Shown: positions 1 to 12,806, counted from the first letter of the stretch. The stretch: DNA of 64,000 nucleotides from Rhizodiscina lignyota (GCA_010015805.1 ML978129.1:992001-1056000); one strand, 5' to 3'. Translations and numbers: made by a program. The notes: a model not told the origin generated them from the sequence alone.

Positions 1-2857
1 TTTCCTCTGTGCAGCCCTCTTAGCCTCTTGAATGCGACGTTGCTCCTCTTCTTTGCGCTGCTGTTCAGCTTTACGTTCTTCTTCCAGCTTCGCTGCTCGT
101 TTTTGCTCAAGCTCTCGCTTCTGTTCAGCTTTACGCTGAGCTGCCTTTTCCTCCTGTATCACGTTAGACAATACATCAAAAAGATACTTGCTTCAACAGT
201 TTGACTTACCAACTCTTTCTTCCTAGCCGCAGCTTCAAGAGCTTTGGGTCTACCTGATTGGCTCGAGGCGTTTGTCCGAAGTGTGTTGCTACTAGACTGG
301 GACTGTAGCGAGGATGTGCTGGTTTTGCCCAATACTTGCTGTGGCGGTTGCTTCGGTGGAACTTGGGGAGGAAGTGAATCATGCAGACTGGCAGACAGAG
401 CTGTATTACTCGGCTGCTGATTCTGTCCAATTCTCTGGCTTTCCAAATACACTCTCACAGGCTTTGACGGTCCTGTAGACTTGTTCAGCGTTTCCTTCGT
501 TGGTTTCATCGGGCGCCTCGGTTGCTCCCGTGTCTTGTTCGGCTGCTGACCGGTTGTTGGGAGCAGGCTCTTCGGGGGTGGTGGAGGAGGCATTTCGTCC
601 GCAGAATCTGGCTCCTTCTCGACAGCCTTTAACTTCTGTGCCTTCTGAGTCGCTGCTTTCTGCCGTTCTTTTTCACGAGCCTTCTCAAGCTCCCCCGTCA
701 TACGCTCTTTCTCTTTCACCTCCCTTTCTCTACGCTTCTCTTCTTTTTCGCGTTCGCTGGAACTGCGAGTTCGACGGCCTTCACTTTTAGATGGGCTTGC
801 GGGTCTAGCAATATCTTCCGCTTGTGCTTCAATATTGGGATACAGAGCGGGTGTAGGATGCACTTCAGGGTTTGGACTGAATAGTTCCTCGATAGTCATT
901 GGCAATTGCTCCTTGGATCGTTTAGAAGACAAGACCTCTGATTTGGCTTGAGCGCTCACAGCTGCACTGCTTGCGAAGATCCCTTTCGCGGACTTCAGCA
1001 CGGAATAAAGCTTAGCCTTCGACGCGCTCAACGGGCCATCCGCGTATTTTTTGTTTGGAGAGCCTGCCGGTGTTGTTGTTTCTCGGGAAGGCATGTCAGG
1101 ATTCGATACAGAGACTGCTTTCTTATGACTTGGCTCTACTGCCATGGCGGCCCTTGTTGGGGATGGCATGGCAGAGCCAGAGATTGACTTGACGTGGCCG
1201 AAAACACCCACTCTCGATGGTGAAGCAAGAGGGTCAGCTGATCTGTGATGGAGCAAGGGCAGCCCGAACTGGGCTTCGTCGGCTCCATCCTGATTCCTTG
1301 CTACAGCATCGGAGGAGACCGTCGGCTGTGCTTCGGATCGTTGAACAAGGTGGCCATTTGAGACAACGGGCACAATCCAGTCATCATCGTCATCTGGGTG
1401 CACAACGCGTGCTGTTGGAACATGATCCTTCAGCGGCACTGCTGGGCCTTCGAGAGGCTTACTGTGCTCATTTGCTGAAGACGATGGGTTCGAATGAATC
1501 GACTGTGCCATGCTGCTCAGGTTCTGAATCGACTTGGACGTCCTTGGCTCCTGCGTCTGTGCAAGCATATTGATACGATCATGGAGCCTCTGAGTCGACA
1601 TCGTGTTATGAAGCTTTGTGGTTTCAGACTCAACGCGTGAGAGAGCAGGTCTGCTGTTCTCAATGTCGCTGTGATCGTCGTCATCTCCAAACGCAGAGTT
1701 CGTATTGGCGTGCGCAGTACCCAAACTCTTCCCTGCCGTCGTCCTGCCAAATTGACTGCTCCGGCCAACCCCAGAGGCTTTGAGCTGATCCAAGTGACTC
1801 GTCCTTGACACGCGATTGCCAATACTGTGCTTACTGCTCAGTGGTTCGCGAGCCGGTAGAGAGGCGAAAGTAAGACTGCTCTTTCGCAGCAAAGGTTGGA
1901 CTGGACTGGAGCCCTCAGATGGTGATCGAACGTCGTCAATGTCCATTACATCTCTTGACTCTACCGCATCCTGTGCTTTGGAATCAGTCACAGCAGGTTC
2001 AGCCTCAGTCTGCACATGCTCCGGAGACTTGGCCACCTCTGCAATCAATTGCTCCGGAGCTTGTTCCTGCGAGAGTTTCTGCACATCTTCGTCCGGTATA
2101 GTGGCCTCATCCTCCTCTCTCAAATTTTCCTGTGATGGATTCTTGCTTCCAAGTATTTCTTTCGCCGAAACAAACGAGTCTTGCTCTTCTGTTCCAGCGC
2201 GTGACGCTGCCTTTGGCTGCTCCGCTTGTTGCCTTTGTGGTAGCTGGACATGTTTTGGTACAGGCGGAGGCGCGTCTGGAACAGGATCGACATCCATTTC
2301 ATCTTCCGTAGTCCCATGATAGCCGGAATCAGTGTTTTCTTTCCCTACTGCGACGTGCTGTTTCGGAGGACTCGTTGGTACGTGCGTGTCAATGTCCTGA
2401 GCGATCTGAAACTGTTCCACTTGTTTGTAGAATTGCGTCTTGGGCGGCGAAGTTCGAATAGGCTGAGAGTTTGGAGCGAAGATGTCCGTAAGAGGCTGCT
2501 CTCACGTTAGTCAAGTGCATATACAGTAGCATTATAGCTCATACAGCGCGTTCTTGAAGCGCGTTTCGCTTCCGAATAGTTCGAGGTGTCTTTCCTCGCA
2601 ATTTCCCCGGTGTTTTGAAGATATCAGCGACGTTTCTAACTGAAATTAGCGTTTGCAACGCGTAGTTGCTTAATGTCCTCGTACAATTGATTTGCGTTCA
2701 GTATTTCGGTCATGTGTTCGTTGAGCCATTCCATCTCATTTCTCACCGAGTATGTAAACTCCTCAACCTCTTGATCAACAAGCTCGTTGGCTTGTTGCCG
2801 TTCGCCGAGGAACCATTGTGCCGACCCAACAGGCACCTTTGGTCTCGTAGCCGCCAT
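1..2857 (-). CDS. Inner centromere protein (INCENP/Sli15/Pic1-like), runs off the left edge of the window
   Basis: ATG at 2857; introns 2636-2684, 2496-2544 and 154-209 splice in frame. N-terminal EEFTYSVRNEMEWLNEHM and KTPGKLRGKTPRT motifs, a long Ser/Pro-rich middle and an E/R/K-rich helical region are typical of fungal INCENP. The C-terminal IN-box would lie outside the window. Confidence 0.8.
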
Positions 2858-3327
2858 GTCGTGGGGTTGACGCGATAACACGCGTCCTCAGTCAGGCCGG
2901 GCGGGAGATCCAGATGGCAAGCAAGTGCGAAAGATCGTCTATATGTACATAACGAGTTTGATATTAGCAAGGATGCGACAGTCGCGCGCTCTGCGTGGTG
3001 GGCGTGAAGGCTGTTCGGATTGTTGTTGTTTGGAAGCATTGACCAGGCGTTTCGAGGACGGCAAGTCCCACCAACTTGACGCCACGGCACGTGATGAAGC
3101 TACGAACGGCCCGGCCCCGGGCGCCAGCCACACCTTTTCCCGAGATCGGAGCGGGAGGCTCTGATTTAATCCGCGGATGTTTCTCCAGAGCGATTGCGGA
3201 GTCGCGTGTCTGTCTATAAAATCGTCGGCATGGGAGATGCTGCGGAAATAAGTCTTGCCTAAGTCTCTATTGTTTCTGAAGTTTGAAGTTCTGTCTCTTC
3301 AATTTCTCGTTCTCTGCACACTGTCTC

Positions 3328-4827
3328 ATGGCTTCAGCATCACAATGTCTCCGCGCTCTAAGAGCGGCTCCGTTGCGGAGAGCGACAACCCGCTCTGTAT
3401 ATTCGCCCCTTTCCAAATTCACACGCTCATTTTCAGTCTCTCGGCCTAATCGTTTGATGGAATTGTCGGGTTTCACAGAAGAGCAGTTATCAGTCAGAGA
3501 TGCAATCTTCAAAATATGTTCAAATTATCCAGACGTATGTTTCCTCACCTTGTGCTCCACAGATCTTGCTGTTATACAGGGCACTTATAATATGGCAGGA
3601 ATATTGGATGGAGCACGACCAAACTGGGGAGCACCCTGCGGACTTGCATAGGGATCTGGCCCGGGACGGTTGGATAGGCATCGCCCTGCCGGAAGAGCTG
3701 GGCGGTGCAGGATTAGGCATTGCAGAAGCAACCATGATGATGCAAACAATATCGGAGTCCGGAGCTGGTATAGCGGGAGCACAATCTGTCCATGCAAACG
3801 TGTACGCAACACAACCTGTCGCCAAATTCGCATCCCCAGAGCAACGGGCAATTATGCTACCGAAACTGATCAAGGGTGAATGGCGGACATGCTTTGGTGT
3901 TACCGAACCTAATACCGGCCTTGAAACGCTCAAGCTAAAGACTATTGCAAAGCGTGATGGAGACGGCTACCTCGTCAGTGGGCAGAAGATCTGGATCACC
4001 AACGCCCAGGTAACGGAAAAGATGGTCCTGCTTGCCAGAACAACACCTTTGGAAGAAGTAAAGAAGCCTTCGGAGGGCCTCTCGATGTTCTTCATTGACT
4101 TCGACAAGAGTGCCCCGGGGCTGGAGCTGAAGACTATTAAGAAGATGGGTGGCAGGGCGGTCGATGCGAATGAGATCTTCTTTGACAATTATAGGATCCC
4201 AGCAGATTCACTAATTGGACAAGAGGGTCAAGGGTTCAAGATTGTTCGTCCAGATGTTCTAACTGTCGATATCGCGGGCGAAGGCTGATACGATCTAGGT
4301 TCTCCACGGCATGAATGCGGAGCGATGTCTCCTTGCTGGTGAAGCTCTTGGGCTCGGTTACGCTGCTCTCACCCGTGCCGCCAAATATGCTCGTGAACGT
4401 GTCGTCTTCGGTCGCCCAATCGGTCAAAACCAAGGCATTCAACATCCTCTTGCGGACTCATTCATGAATCTCGAAGCCGCCAAGCTTGCAACTTATCATG
4501 CAGCGAGGCTATATGATCAGAGCACGCAGGATAAAAGCATCACACAGCATGCGGTGGGCGTTGCCTGCAATAGCGCAAAGTATCTTGCTGCTGAAGCGGC
4601 ATTCAAGGCTTGTGAAAGAGCAATACTGAGCCACGGCGGTATGGGATACGCACAAGAGTACCATGTAGAGCGGTACTTGAGGGAAATATTTGTCCCAAGG
4701 ATTGCGCCAGTTAGCAGGGTAAGCTGTCTCCGGACCCATGTTAAAGATTATAATTGCTCACGAGATGCAGGAAATGATCATGAACTATGTCGCTGAGAAG
4801 GTTTTGGAATTGCCACGCAGCTATTGA
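3328..4827 (+). CDS. Acyl-CoA dehydrogenase with probable mitochondrial presequence
   Basis: Introns 3535-3598, 4244-4298, 4719-4770. Motifs FGVTEPNTG, GQKIWITNA, RVVFGRPIGQNQGIQH, HGGMGYAQEYHVERYLRE; ends LELPRSY-TGA. Confidence 0.92.
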
Positions 4828-5041
4828 ACATGCTTTCCCGCACATTTCGTCTTGTAACAATTGTAGATAGCGTCATCTTCCGCGGAACATTTCCTGCAAC
4901 AGCGATCATGGTGTTTCAATGCAGATTCTAGCCATATATGCAGCAGGTATATGTAGGAGTATTTTTCTCCATGCCAGGGTTCAGCACCGTAGATAGCAAA
5001 GCAAATGGACATGAAAGACTAATCCCGCGTTGGGAGAGGCA

Positions 5042-7551
5042 TCACTCCACGACATTTGCGTTTTCGACTGCCACATGAAGGATTTCGTTCAAGTTGTCGA
5101 CAACAGCGGCCTCGGGATGTAGGTTGATCAAGAGCTGCGAGACGCATGTTGTCCACTTTTGAAAAGCGGTTGAGTCAATAGCGGAGGCGAATACAGAGGT
5201 ATGCGTGAGAGTAGATGAACTATTTGATGAAAGGCGCTCCAGATCCTGATGAGGGATAGTAAGCTTGAATATCACATTCTGCATCTGTGCATTAATAGGA
5301 ACTCGTTCCAGTGGGAGCCCGGCGGATCTTGTACGATAAACGCGAGCTGCTGGACCAGACGCGGTTCGACGCCTGCGCGATTGTTCGTCTTTGCTTTCGC
5401 CCCGCTCGACTTGGCGGCACTCGACAACCTGGTGATGATGCGGAATGTCCTGAGCCACGTCTGGAGACGAAATCTCAATCTCTGAGGAACTCTGGGGGGA
5501 CGCTTGAACCTGTGCGACTGTAGATGGACGAGTTAGGTAGAACATCTTACGAATATCTCGGTTGCTTGTTTGCGCGGCAGCAGCTACCATCTGTTCACCA
5601 TGGCTAGATTGCACAGTAGCGTGTAACCCGTTACTACTTCGAGACTCGAAGGTATGATATGGAGTGGGATCTGCATGTTGGGTTCTGCGAGGCAGGTTCT
5701 TACGGGCAACCGGCGGTGCAAAGGCGATGACAGACTGACCAAGGTGCAAGCCAGGTGTAATATTGGCAGGTCCAACGGTAAATGGCTGTCGAAGGTTTGG
5801 TTGAGAAGATTGACTTGGCCCACCACCTGCAATTTGAGTGAGGCGTGTTTCGGGTTCGTCTTCGTACAGACGAAGGGTTCCAGAACCGACATCGTGACTG
5901 CGTGGCGTTCCGCTTAGGCTCTCAGTCCTAAGAATCTCATTGCGGCCTTGCGGCCTTGATTGGCTATACGACGCGCTTCCAGGTGTAGCAAGAAGGGGCG
6001 GGCGGAACTTCTTCGGTACCGACCGATTGAGAGGCGAGCTGGAAGTCAATGCAGAGCTATCATCTGATATTGGCGGAGTCGCTTGCATGCTGGAGGTATG
6101 GGGACGTAATGGTTTAGCCCGCATCGGGGCATTCATCTTTGCAATCGTCCATGGATTGGAAACAGACACATCTTGCCTCATTTGATCTTCCACTTCGAAC
6201 TCTTCGGCGGTACTGGGCGGTCGATTCTCCGCGTTGACATGGACATCTTCGTCGTCAAAACCATACATGTTGCCGCGAAAAGGCTCAGGAGGCGTGAGAT
6301 ATGCTGGAGGCGAGTTCGCCTCTTCTTGCGGCTGCAGATCTGAAGCAACCTGAGGGATGCGGCCAGCGTCCTTTGTAGACTCGTCAAGTTGGCTGGAAGT
6401 TTCCACTTGCCCAATATTGGTATCTGTGCTGGGCTTAGGATAGGTGACGTCCAAAAGTTGTCCCACAGCAGTGAGCAGGCCGTCCGGATTGTCAAATAAG
6501 ACATTGTCCTTTGCAGGTTCGATGTTTGGATCATAGCTTTCCGGCGGACAGTTGATTTTGAGACAACTAAAGGGATGTTTGACCTCTTGCAGTCTTGTAT
6601 GCACAGCTCGAAGTTTCTCTTTGAACAGCCGCGTGATTTCCTTCGGTATGCCCCTGACTGCGGACACCGGCCGACCGTCAATTGAGATGAATGAGCCCAC
6701 ATTGCTGATATTCGACAGCTGCGCATCAGGACGAGGCAAGCAAGCTTGAATCACAAAGCCATCCCCTTCCCAGACTGACCAGCCACACTGAGACGCACAA
6801 TCTTTTCCCACAACCTTGAACACGGCGTCTTCAACGCTTGCGTTGGTCTTTGGAGCGTACGTGAAATTGCCTTTCTCGCTCTTTGCTTTGGTGACTCGGA
6901 ACGATATTCGAACAGTCGGCCTCGCAAGGGCGTAGGCTTGAAGTAGTCGTCTGACTTCCGCAAGTTCTTTGGAGGTATTCTTAAGAGCCGTTTGCTTTCG
7001 GACTGGAAGAGTGTCCAGAAACTGTGTGGCTCGAACAGTTGTTCCGGCTGCCTGAGATACTCGTTCTTCTCTGCATAGCATCAGGAAACCCAGCTGCCAG
7101 TTTAACCAGTGCTGGATACGCACCTTTCTACCTCTCCGTCCTTGCCAATATGTAGCTTGATCGCAACCTCCTCACCTTCCACTCGCGTTGTTATCGCCAG
7201 AGCCGAGCTCATGGCAGCAATACTGGCCAAAGCTACCCCTCTGAACCCTAAGCTTGTACCGCCTACTTTCTTCAAATCGTCAATATCTCGGATCTTACTC
7301 GTACAATGCCGGCGAGCGACCAATTGCCGATCTTCAGGAGCGATACCATGTCCGTTGTCTCGTACCTGGATAAAGTCGACAGTGTTTGGCGAAATCTCGA
7401 TGGAAATTGATGAAGCACGAGCATCAAGCGCATTGTCTATGAGCTCCTTGACCACTGAGGATGGCTCCGTAAGGGACTGTGAGGAGCCAATATGACGGAC
7501 TAGAGAAGCAGAAAGGGGCTTCACTGTTGCTGCAGCCGCGTCTGATGCCAT
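5042..7551 (-). CDS. MutL-family DNA mismatch repair protein (Mlh2/PMS1-like)
   Basis: Intron 7071-7123 joins the two ORFs. GHKL ATPase motifs VKELIDNALDA, DNGHGI, HCTSKI, LGFRG; transducer-domain YDPNIEPAKDNV. Confidence 0.88.
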
Positions 7552-8229
7552 TTTGTCTCAGATGATGGCCAAATGGTGGCCATAATGGAGCATTTTTGGC
7601 ATTGTGACGCGAGGCAGGCGCGTGTGCACGTGATCTCTTCAGAGATACTTGCTCAAAGCTACCTCACTTCCTGAAGGCGTATGATGTACAAAATCATTGT
7701 GTTGGAATACAGAAATTATAGAAACACGAACATAGGATCAAAGAAAGGGGAATATTTCCTTGTTCGCCCGTGGGATATCCCAGGTCTGCTCTGGCCAGTC
7801 GCCTTCACTGAAGGACGATTTCGGTCATAAGAATACGATTCTCTAGCGATCAGCTAGCAACTCTACGTCATTAGGAATTCTGTCGGTTTAACTCTTCTCC
7901 ATTACCATTAAAGCCCTTGTGCTAGCCTTGAAAAAGCCAAAACAAACGGAGGTACATAACACAGGGCTGCGAACTGTTGGCCTAGTGAGCATTTGAGTCT
8001 AAGCAATGGACTGCTCTGAGTCTTTGCCTAAAGGTCAAGCTACTCGAGCATATTATTGTTATGCCTCATGGATTTGCGTTGAAGATACTCCGTAGAGGAG
8101 CAGGAAGGAGAAGGATGTCACCCCTTCGCCAAGACTCTTGAGCTCCGCCGCAGCAGCATTTGTCAGACGTCGTGAGCTTTGAGCATTACCTCTGAACCCT
8201 TACAACCTCCACGATAACATTACTTCAAC

Positions 8230-9451
8230 ATGCGAGTCCTTTTGCAGCTGTTGCTGCTTGTGGCAGCGACTCTAGCGAATGCAGAACATACCTCAAATTG
8301 GGCCGTCCTGGTCTCTACATCCCGATTCTGGTTCAACTACCGCCACCTTGCAAACGTCCTTTCTCTCTACCGAACCGTGAAGCGTCTCGGTATTCCGGAT
8401 TCCCAGATTATACTGATGCTGCCGGATGACATGGCCTGCAACCCGAGAAATGCGTTCCCTGGCACCGTGTATAACAATGCGGATCGCGCTCTCGATCTGT
8501 ATGGAGACAACATAGAGGTGGATTACCGGGGCTATGAAGTCACCGTCGAGAACTTCATTCGCTTGATGACAGACCGTGTTGGCGAGGACATGCCACGAAG
8601 CAAGCGCCTCCTCACGGATGACCGCAGCAACATTCTTGTCTACATGACTGGTCATGGAGGCAACGAGTTCCTGAAGTTCCAGGATGCAGAAGAGATTAGC
8701 GCCTTTGACCTTGCAGATGCGTTTGCGCAGATGTGGGAGAAGAAGCGGTACGCAGCAATATGGCTCCTTCTACTCATATCAAGGCTGATTTCGGCACAGA
8801 TATCACGAAATGCTGTTCATGATTGACACGTGCCAAGCAAATACCATGTACAGCAAGTTCTATTCTCCCAATATCATTGCCACCGGCTCCTCGGAAATCG
8901 ATCAATCCTCATACTCCCACCATGCTGATAATGACGTTGGAGTTGCCGTCATCGATCGATATACATACTACAATCTCGACTTCCTTGAGACGCAAATCCG
9001 CGAGCCAACGAGCAAGAAGACGTTAGGAGACCTATTTGACAGCTATGATGAGAGTAAAATCCATTCCCATCCTGGAGTCCGATACGACCTGTTCGAAGGA
9101 GGAGAGCAAGCTGCAAGGACAAGATTGGTCATGGACTTCTTTGGCAATGTACAAAACGTGGAGCTAGAGTCTGCCCAAGCAGTCAACGATACACAATGGA
9201 AGGCCGATCTCCAGCAGTTAGAGCAGCTTATCATGGCGACAAAGAAAACCCGGAACGTCACGGAAGCAGAGAATAGCTCGAGAGGTAATGAGGATATAAC
9301 AAATCCGATGCCAGCACTCAGGATGGAGAAGGCAATGAGAGTAAACGAGGAGGATTCATGGGCAAAGAGGGTGGGTGGTGCTCTTGCTCTCACAGCTTGC
9401 GGCGTAGCATGGTTTGCGGGCCGCTGGATTGAATCTCCAAAGAAGCCTTGA
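8230..9451 (+). CDS. GPI8: GPI-anchor transamidase catalytic subunit (peptidase C13)
   Basis: Signal peptide, [20 protein letters not shown], catalytic TGHGG and DTCQA, C-terminal transmembrane segment; intron 8748-8799. Confidence 0.97.
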
Positions 9452-9513
9452 CTGATTCTACAACGATATTCGATGTGCACCGTTCACTGTCGTGCATGCG
9501 TCTAGCACTTTGA

Positions 9514-9875
9514 CTATTGTCTTTCTCGGTACGGGATAGGAGTGTTCATGTTGTACCAGGGACCCCTTGAATCAACCTCCGGCGACTAGAATAGGATATC
9601 GACATCGCTGTAGTCAAAATCGTCGATGACCGTAGGCTGCCGCCGTGTCACTGCAGAGGCCATAGCTGGTGTAATGCGACGTCTTTCACGAGCTACAGGC
9701 GTGGAGTCGTTGAGATTGATGGTCGGGTCATCTACATCGGCGGCATCGGAGTTCTCAAGCTCATCGCAGAGTTCCGGACGTCAGCGGTGTTGGAATCCTC
9801 GAGATTTATGGCGGAGTTCACGACGTCGGCAGTGTTGGAGGAGTCTAGATTCATGGCCGAGTCATCTAAGGCCAT
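9514..9875 (-). pseudogene. Relic of a small repeat-containing gene
   Basis: ATG at 9875, then 45-bp repeat units that vary mostly at codon level. A 1-bp deletion in unit 3 shifts the frame, and there is a further in-frame TAG at 9586-9588. Confidence 0.45.
9694..9863 (-). repeat. Degenerate 45-bp tandem repeat, about 3.8 copies
   Basis: Units 9863-9819, 9818-9774, 9773-9730 (44 bp) and 9729-9694 (partial) translate as DSAMNLDSSNTADVV / NSAINLEDSNTADVR / NSAMS-ENSDAADVD / DPTINLNDSTPV. Confidence 0.8.
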
Positions 9876-10063
9876 GGGTGTATGTTCACTTCATGATAGT
9901 CGAGTACAAGCTCTGTAGCAAAATAGCAATTATCAGAATCCATGAGTTGCTATCAAAAAGGCCGAAGCCGATACCATCATGAAACGAGCACGAGGGCTCT
10001 ATCCTCCATATCCTGTCCGTACGCCGATACGCCCAACCTGCCACGACCACCCTTGCTCTTCTC

Positions 10064-10765
10064 TCAAAAGTTTTGTTGCCCGTTCTGATATGTTGGTGGT
10101 TGGTCCTGCGGTGCGTAATGCATTCCCTCGTTACGCTTGGGTTCGGCGTCTAGTATCGGCTGGGTCTCGCGATTCTTCATCTCCTTGTCCTGTTGGATGA
10201 TGTCGCAGCAGCCACAGCATGTGGAGCAGAGGCAGTCCGTGCAGCCGTTCCCACTAAGAGAGGCCAGTGTCAGTTCCAATGAGACCACAGATAATGGTCA
10301 GAGTAGCACTTACTCAATGTTGTAGCGACGACGGAGCTCTCCACGCTGCATGAATTGGAGAACCCATTGGACACCGCAGCATGCCATCAATCCGAAGTGA
10401 CCCCAGCACTATGCTGATGTTAGTCGATCCTCGAGAGGGTGGGGTTATGGAATGTGACTAGCGGCAAGAGAGGAATGGGCTACTTACGGCGCCATTGCAC
10501 GCGGAATAGCCTCGGAGCTGCGCATCTTGTCGCAGGCGGTAATGGACGCGGCCGTAGACGACACAAGGCAGCCAATATCCCATGCAGCCTACAATCGGTC
10601 AATTGTCAATATTGGCGAGACGTGTAGGAGTTGCGAAACATACAATCGCCGACAGGTGAGCAGCAGCCAGTAGCTAGGGGTCATGTCAGTATCTGTACTG
10701 CGAAATGGGCATGGAAAACTCATACCAGGCACCCTCCATTCCTCCGGCGCAGCTTGATATGCCAT
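10064..10765 (-). CDS. PLAC8-family cysteine-rich membrane protein
   Basis: Five exons joined by canonical introns give MAYQAAPEEWRVPATGCCSPVGDCCMGYWLPCVVYGR...QRGELRRRYNIDGNGCTDCLCSTCCGCCDIIQQDKE, the PLAC8 pattern. Confidence 0.88.
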
Positions 10766-11798
10766 TTTGAAGTGTGACTGAGAGTGTGCGGGCGAGGGTC
10801 AAACAGTTCGATTTGGGAGTAGTAGATATTACTCGAGAACAGATGCAAAAGCGTCAAGTACTGTTTATAAGCTGGCACGTAGTACGAATACAGAAGAGAG
10901 AATACTGTTGCTGCGAGCTGAAGGGAAAATCAGGCCAGACTCCGAACTATCGTTTGGGGCTCCACGGGCCTTATACCTAGCAAGAGCCACGGGTTTCATC
11001 TTCATTGCGCCCCCAGGCTGCTCTTTCCGGAGGCTATCGTCACACAACCTATTGCTAGTAAGACCCTATAAATGCCTCAAGCAGCTGGCCGCTTAGCATG
11101 CGGTGGCTGTGGCCTCGCAAAGCGATTAAACAGAGCACACTTCGCTTGTGGGCCCGATTTGCGCACGATGTTGGCCTTTTCCCGAATTGAGAGTGAGGAA
11201 GCGTGGGAAGCAGCATGTGGAGAAGGGTCTCCTTGCGCCATTCCGGAAGAGGCATGGCGCCTGGCGCGCTTACTTTGCTCAGCTGCAGGTGGCTGCCGTA
11301 AGGCTTGAGCTAAACACAGCCCTAGAGCCGCCATGCTATTTCTGTCGTCCTTGCGAATCTTAGGAGTATCAGTCCGTTTATCGCCAATTTCACCACGCCA
11401 CAACGTCCCTCGGTGGAGCTCCAGCTGGAGCCTGAGGCGTGAGGCCAGGTCCAGCCAAATTTCTTGCGCCTATCCTCAAGCAGCACTTGTGAACGCTTTC
11501 GGTGTGACTTCCCGCATGCGCGCCGTTATCGTAGCCGTGGGCGTTCCTCGGCTACCTACACAGCTGTACAGGGCTGAGAAGAGAGGTTCAGTTGCCAACT
11601 CCCAGGGATGCTGAAAGCAACAAGCCAACAAGCCACTGTACATAGTCACTGGTCACCTGCAGTGGGTTCTATGCTCCACAAGGACCCAGACGCAAGGGCA
11701 CGCGGAAATGTTCCACATAACTGCGGTGAAATGCAATTCCTACCAAGGAATGGATTAATACATACACGAAAGTAACGACATCCGCAATATTCGCTTAA

Positions 11799-12806
11799 CT
11801 ATCGCAAAGTGACCCTACCGTACTTATCCTCAACAACGCCCGCGCCTATTGGAGCCCAGAAGCCTCTAGAGGAATCATCAGTGATATTCATGCCTTTGTT
11901 ACCATAGATATTCTCCATGTCAAGACGGTGTTTGCTCTTCTTGATTCCCTCGGCGACACGGAGCTTCTCGAAAAAGACGTACGAGCTATAGTAGATGGAG
12001 CTCGTATTTCCGGCCGACGCACCTTTCATGTGCCGGAACCTGTCCAGCATCACGCTCTGGATCCGCTTCGGAGCCCTGGCAGTGTGGAACTGGGCCTGCA
12101 GGTCACGCAGAAAGGCCGCCTGGATGACATCGTCTCGCTTCAGATGGGCGCTGATCTTCTTCCTGATCTCATCACAAGTATCGAGGACTGGCACCGAGTC
12201 GGTGTCCTCACCGTCAAGGTGGGTGTTTGAAAGATCTTTGCCGCCGGTCGACTCTGAGCCAGGAATCTTGGGCCCAGTGGACTTATTGCCAGCCGCCGCG
12301 GTTTTAGTCTTCTTTCTTGGAAGACCTTTTCCTTGCACCTCGCGCTTCTTGAAGAATGCCCAAGCCTTCGTGTATGTATCCGTCCCGGCACCCGCGAAGA
12401 CTCCCCTCTGGCTCATGAATCTGCCCTATGATTTTGCACTGACGCCGATGGCCTTCTGCAATTCACCGATTTTCATCTCGCCGTTGTCGATGAAATTGGT
12501 GATCATACGCCTCGCTTGATCGCAGTTTTTGTCCATTGGCTGTCCATCCAGAAAGTATTCGAAGTCATCCTCGTCCTCGTCCTCTGTCCGCGTTAGCCGA
12601 AGTTTAATGGCATGTGGAGACTCTTACCATACGAGCGTTTAGCGGCCGACGACTGATTTTGTCTGTTAGCAGTCCATTCAGCGAGAGCCTCGCGCGTAGG
12701 CTACGGTTGTTAGTCCACAGTTGATTGCATCTCAATTGAGTGGATGAACACGTACTGGTCCAGAAACGTCCTTTGGAACGACGCTTCGAGGCATGGAGCT
12801 CGCCAT
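11799..12806 (-). pseudogene. Uncharacterised fungal protein with a duplicated helical domain (recalled as DUF7726-like), interrupted by one in-frame TAG
   Basis: ATG at 12806 and two canonical introns. Two copies of a CD(Q/E)xR(R/K)xI...F...G...Y..(A/S)..FF domain. TAG at 12426-12428 is in frame within copy 1. Confidence 0.7.

Noticed and set aside
61..135. Direct repeat CTGTTCAGCTTTACG at 61 and 121
   Set aside because: It encodes a repeated RKAEQ unit in the INCENP charged helix; two copies only, not a CRISPR-like array.
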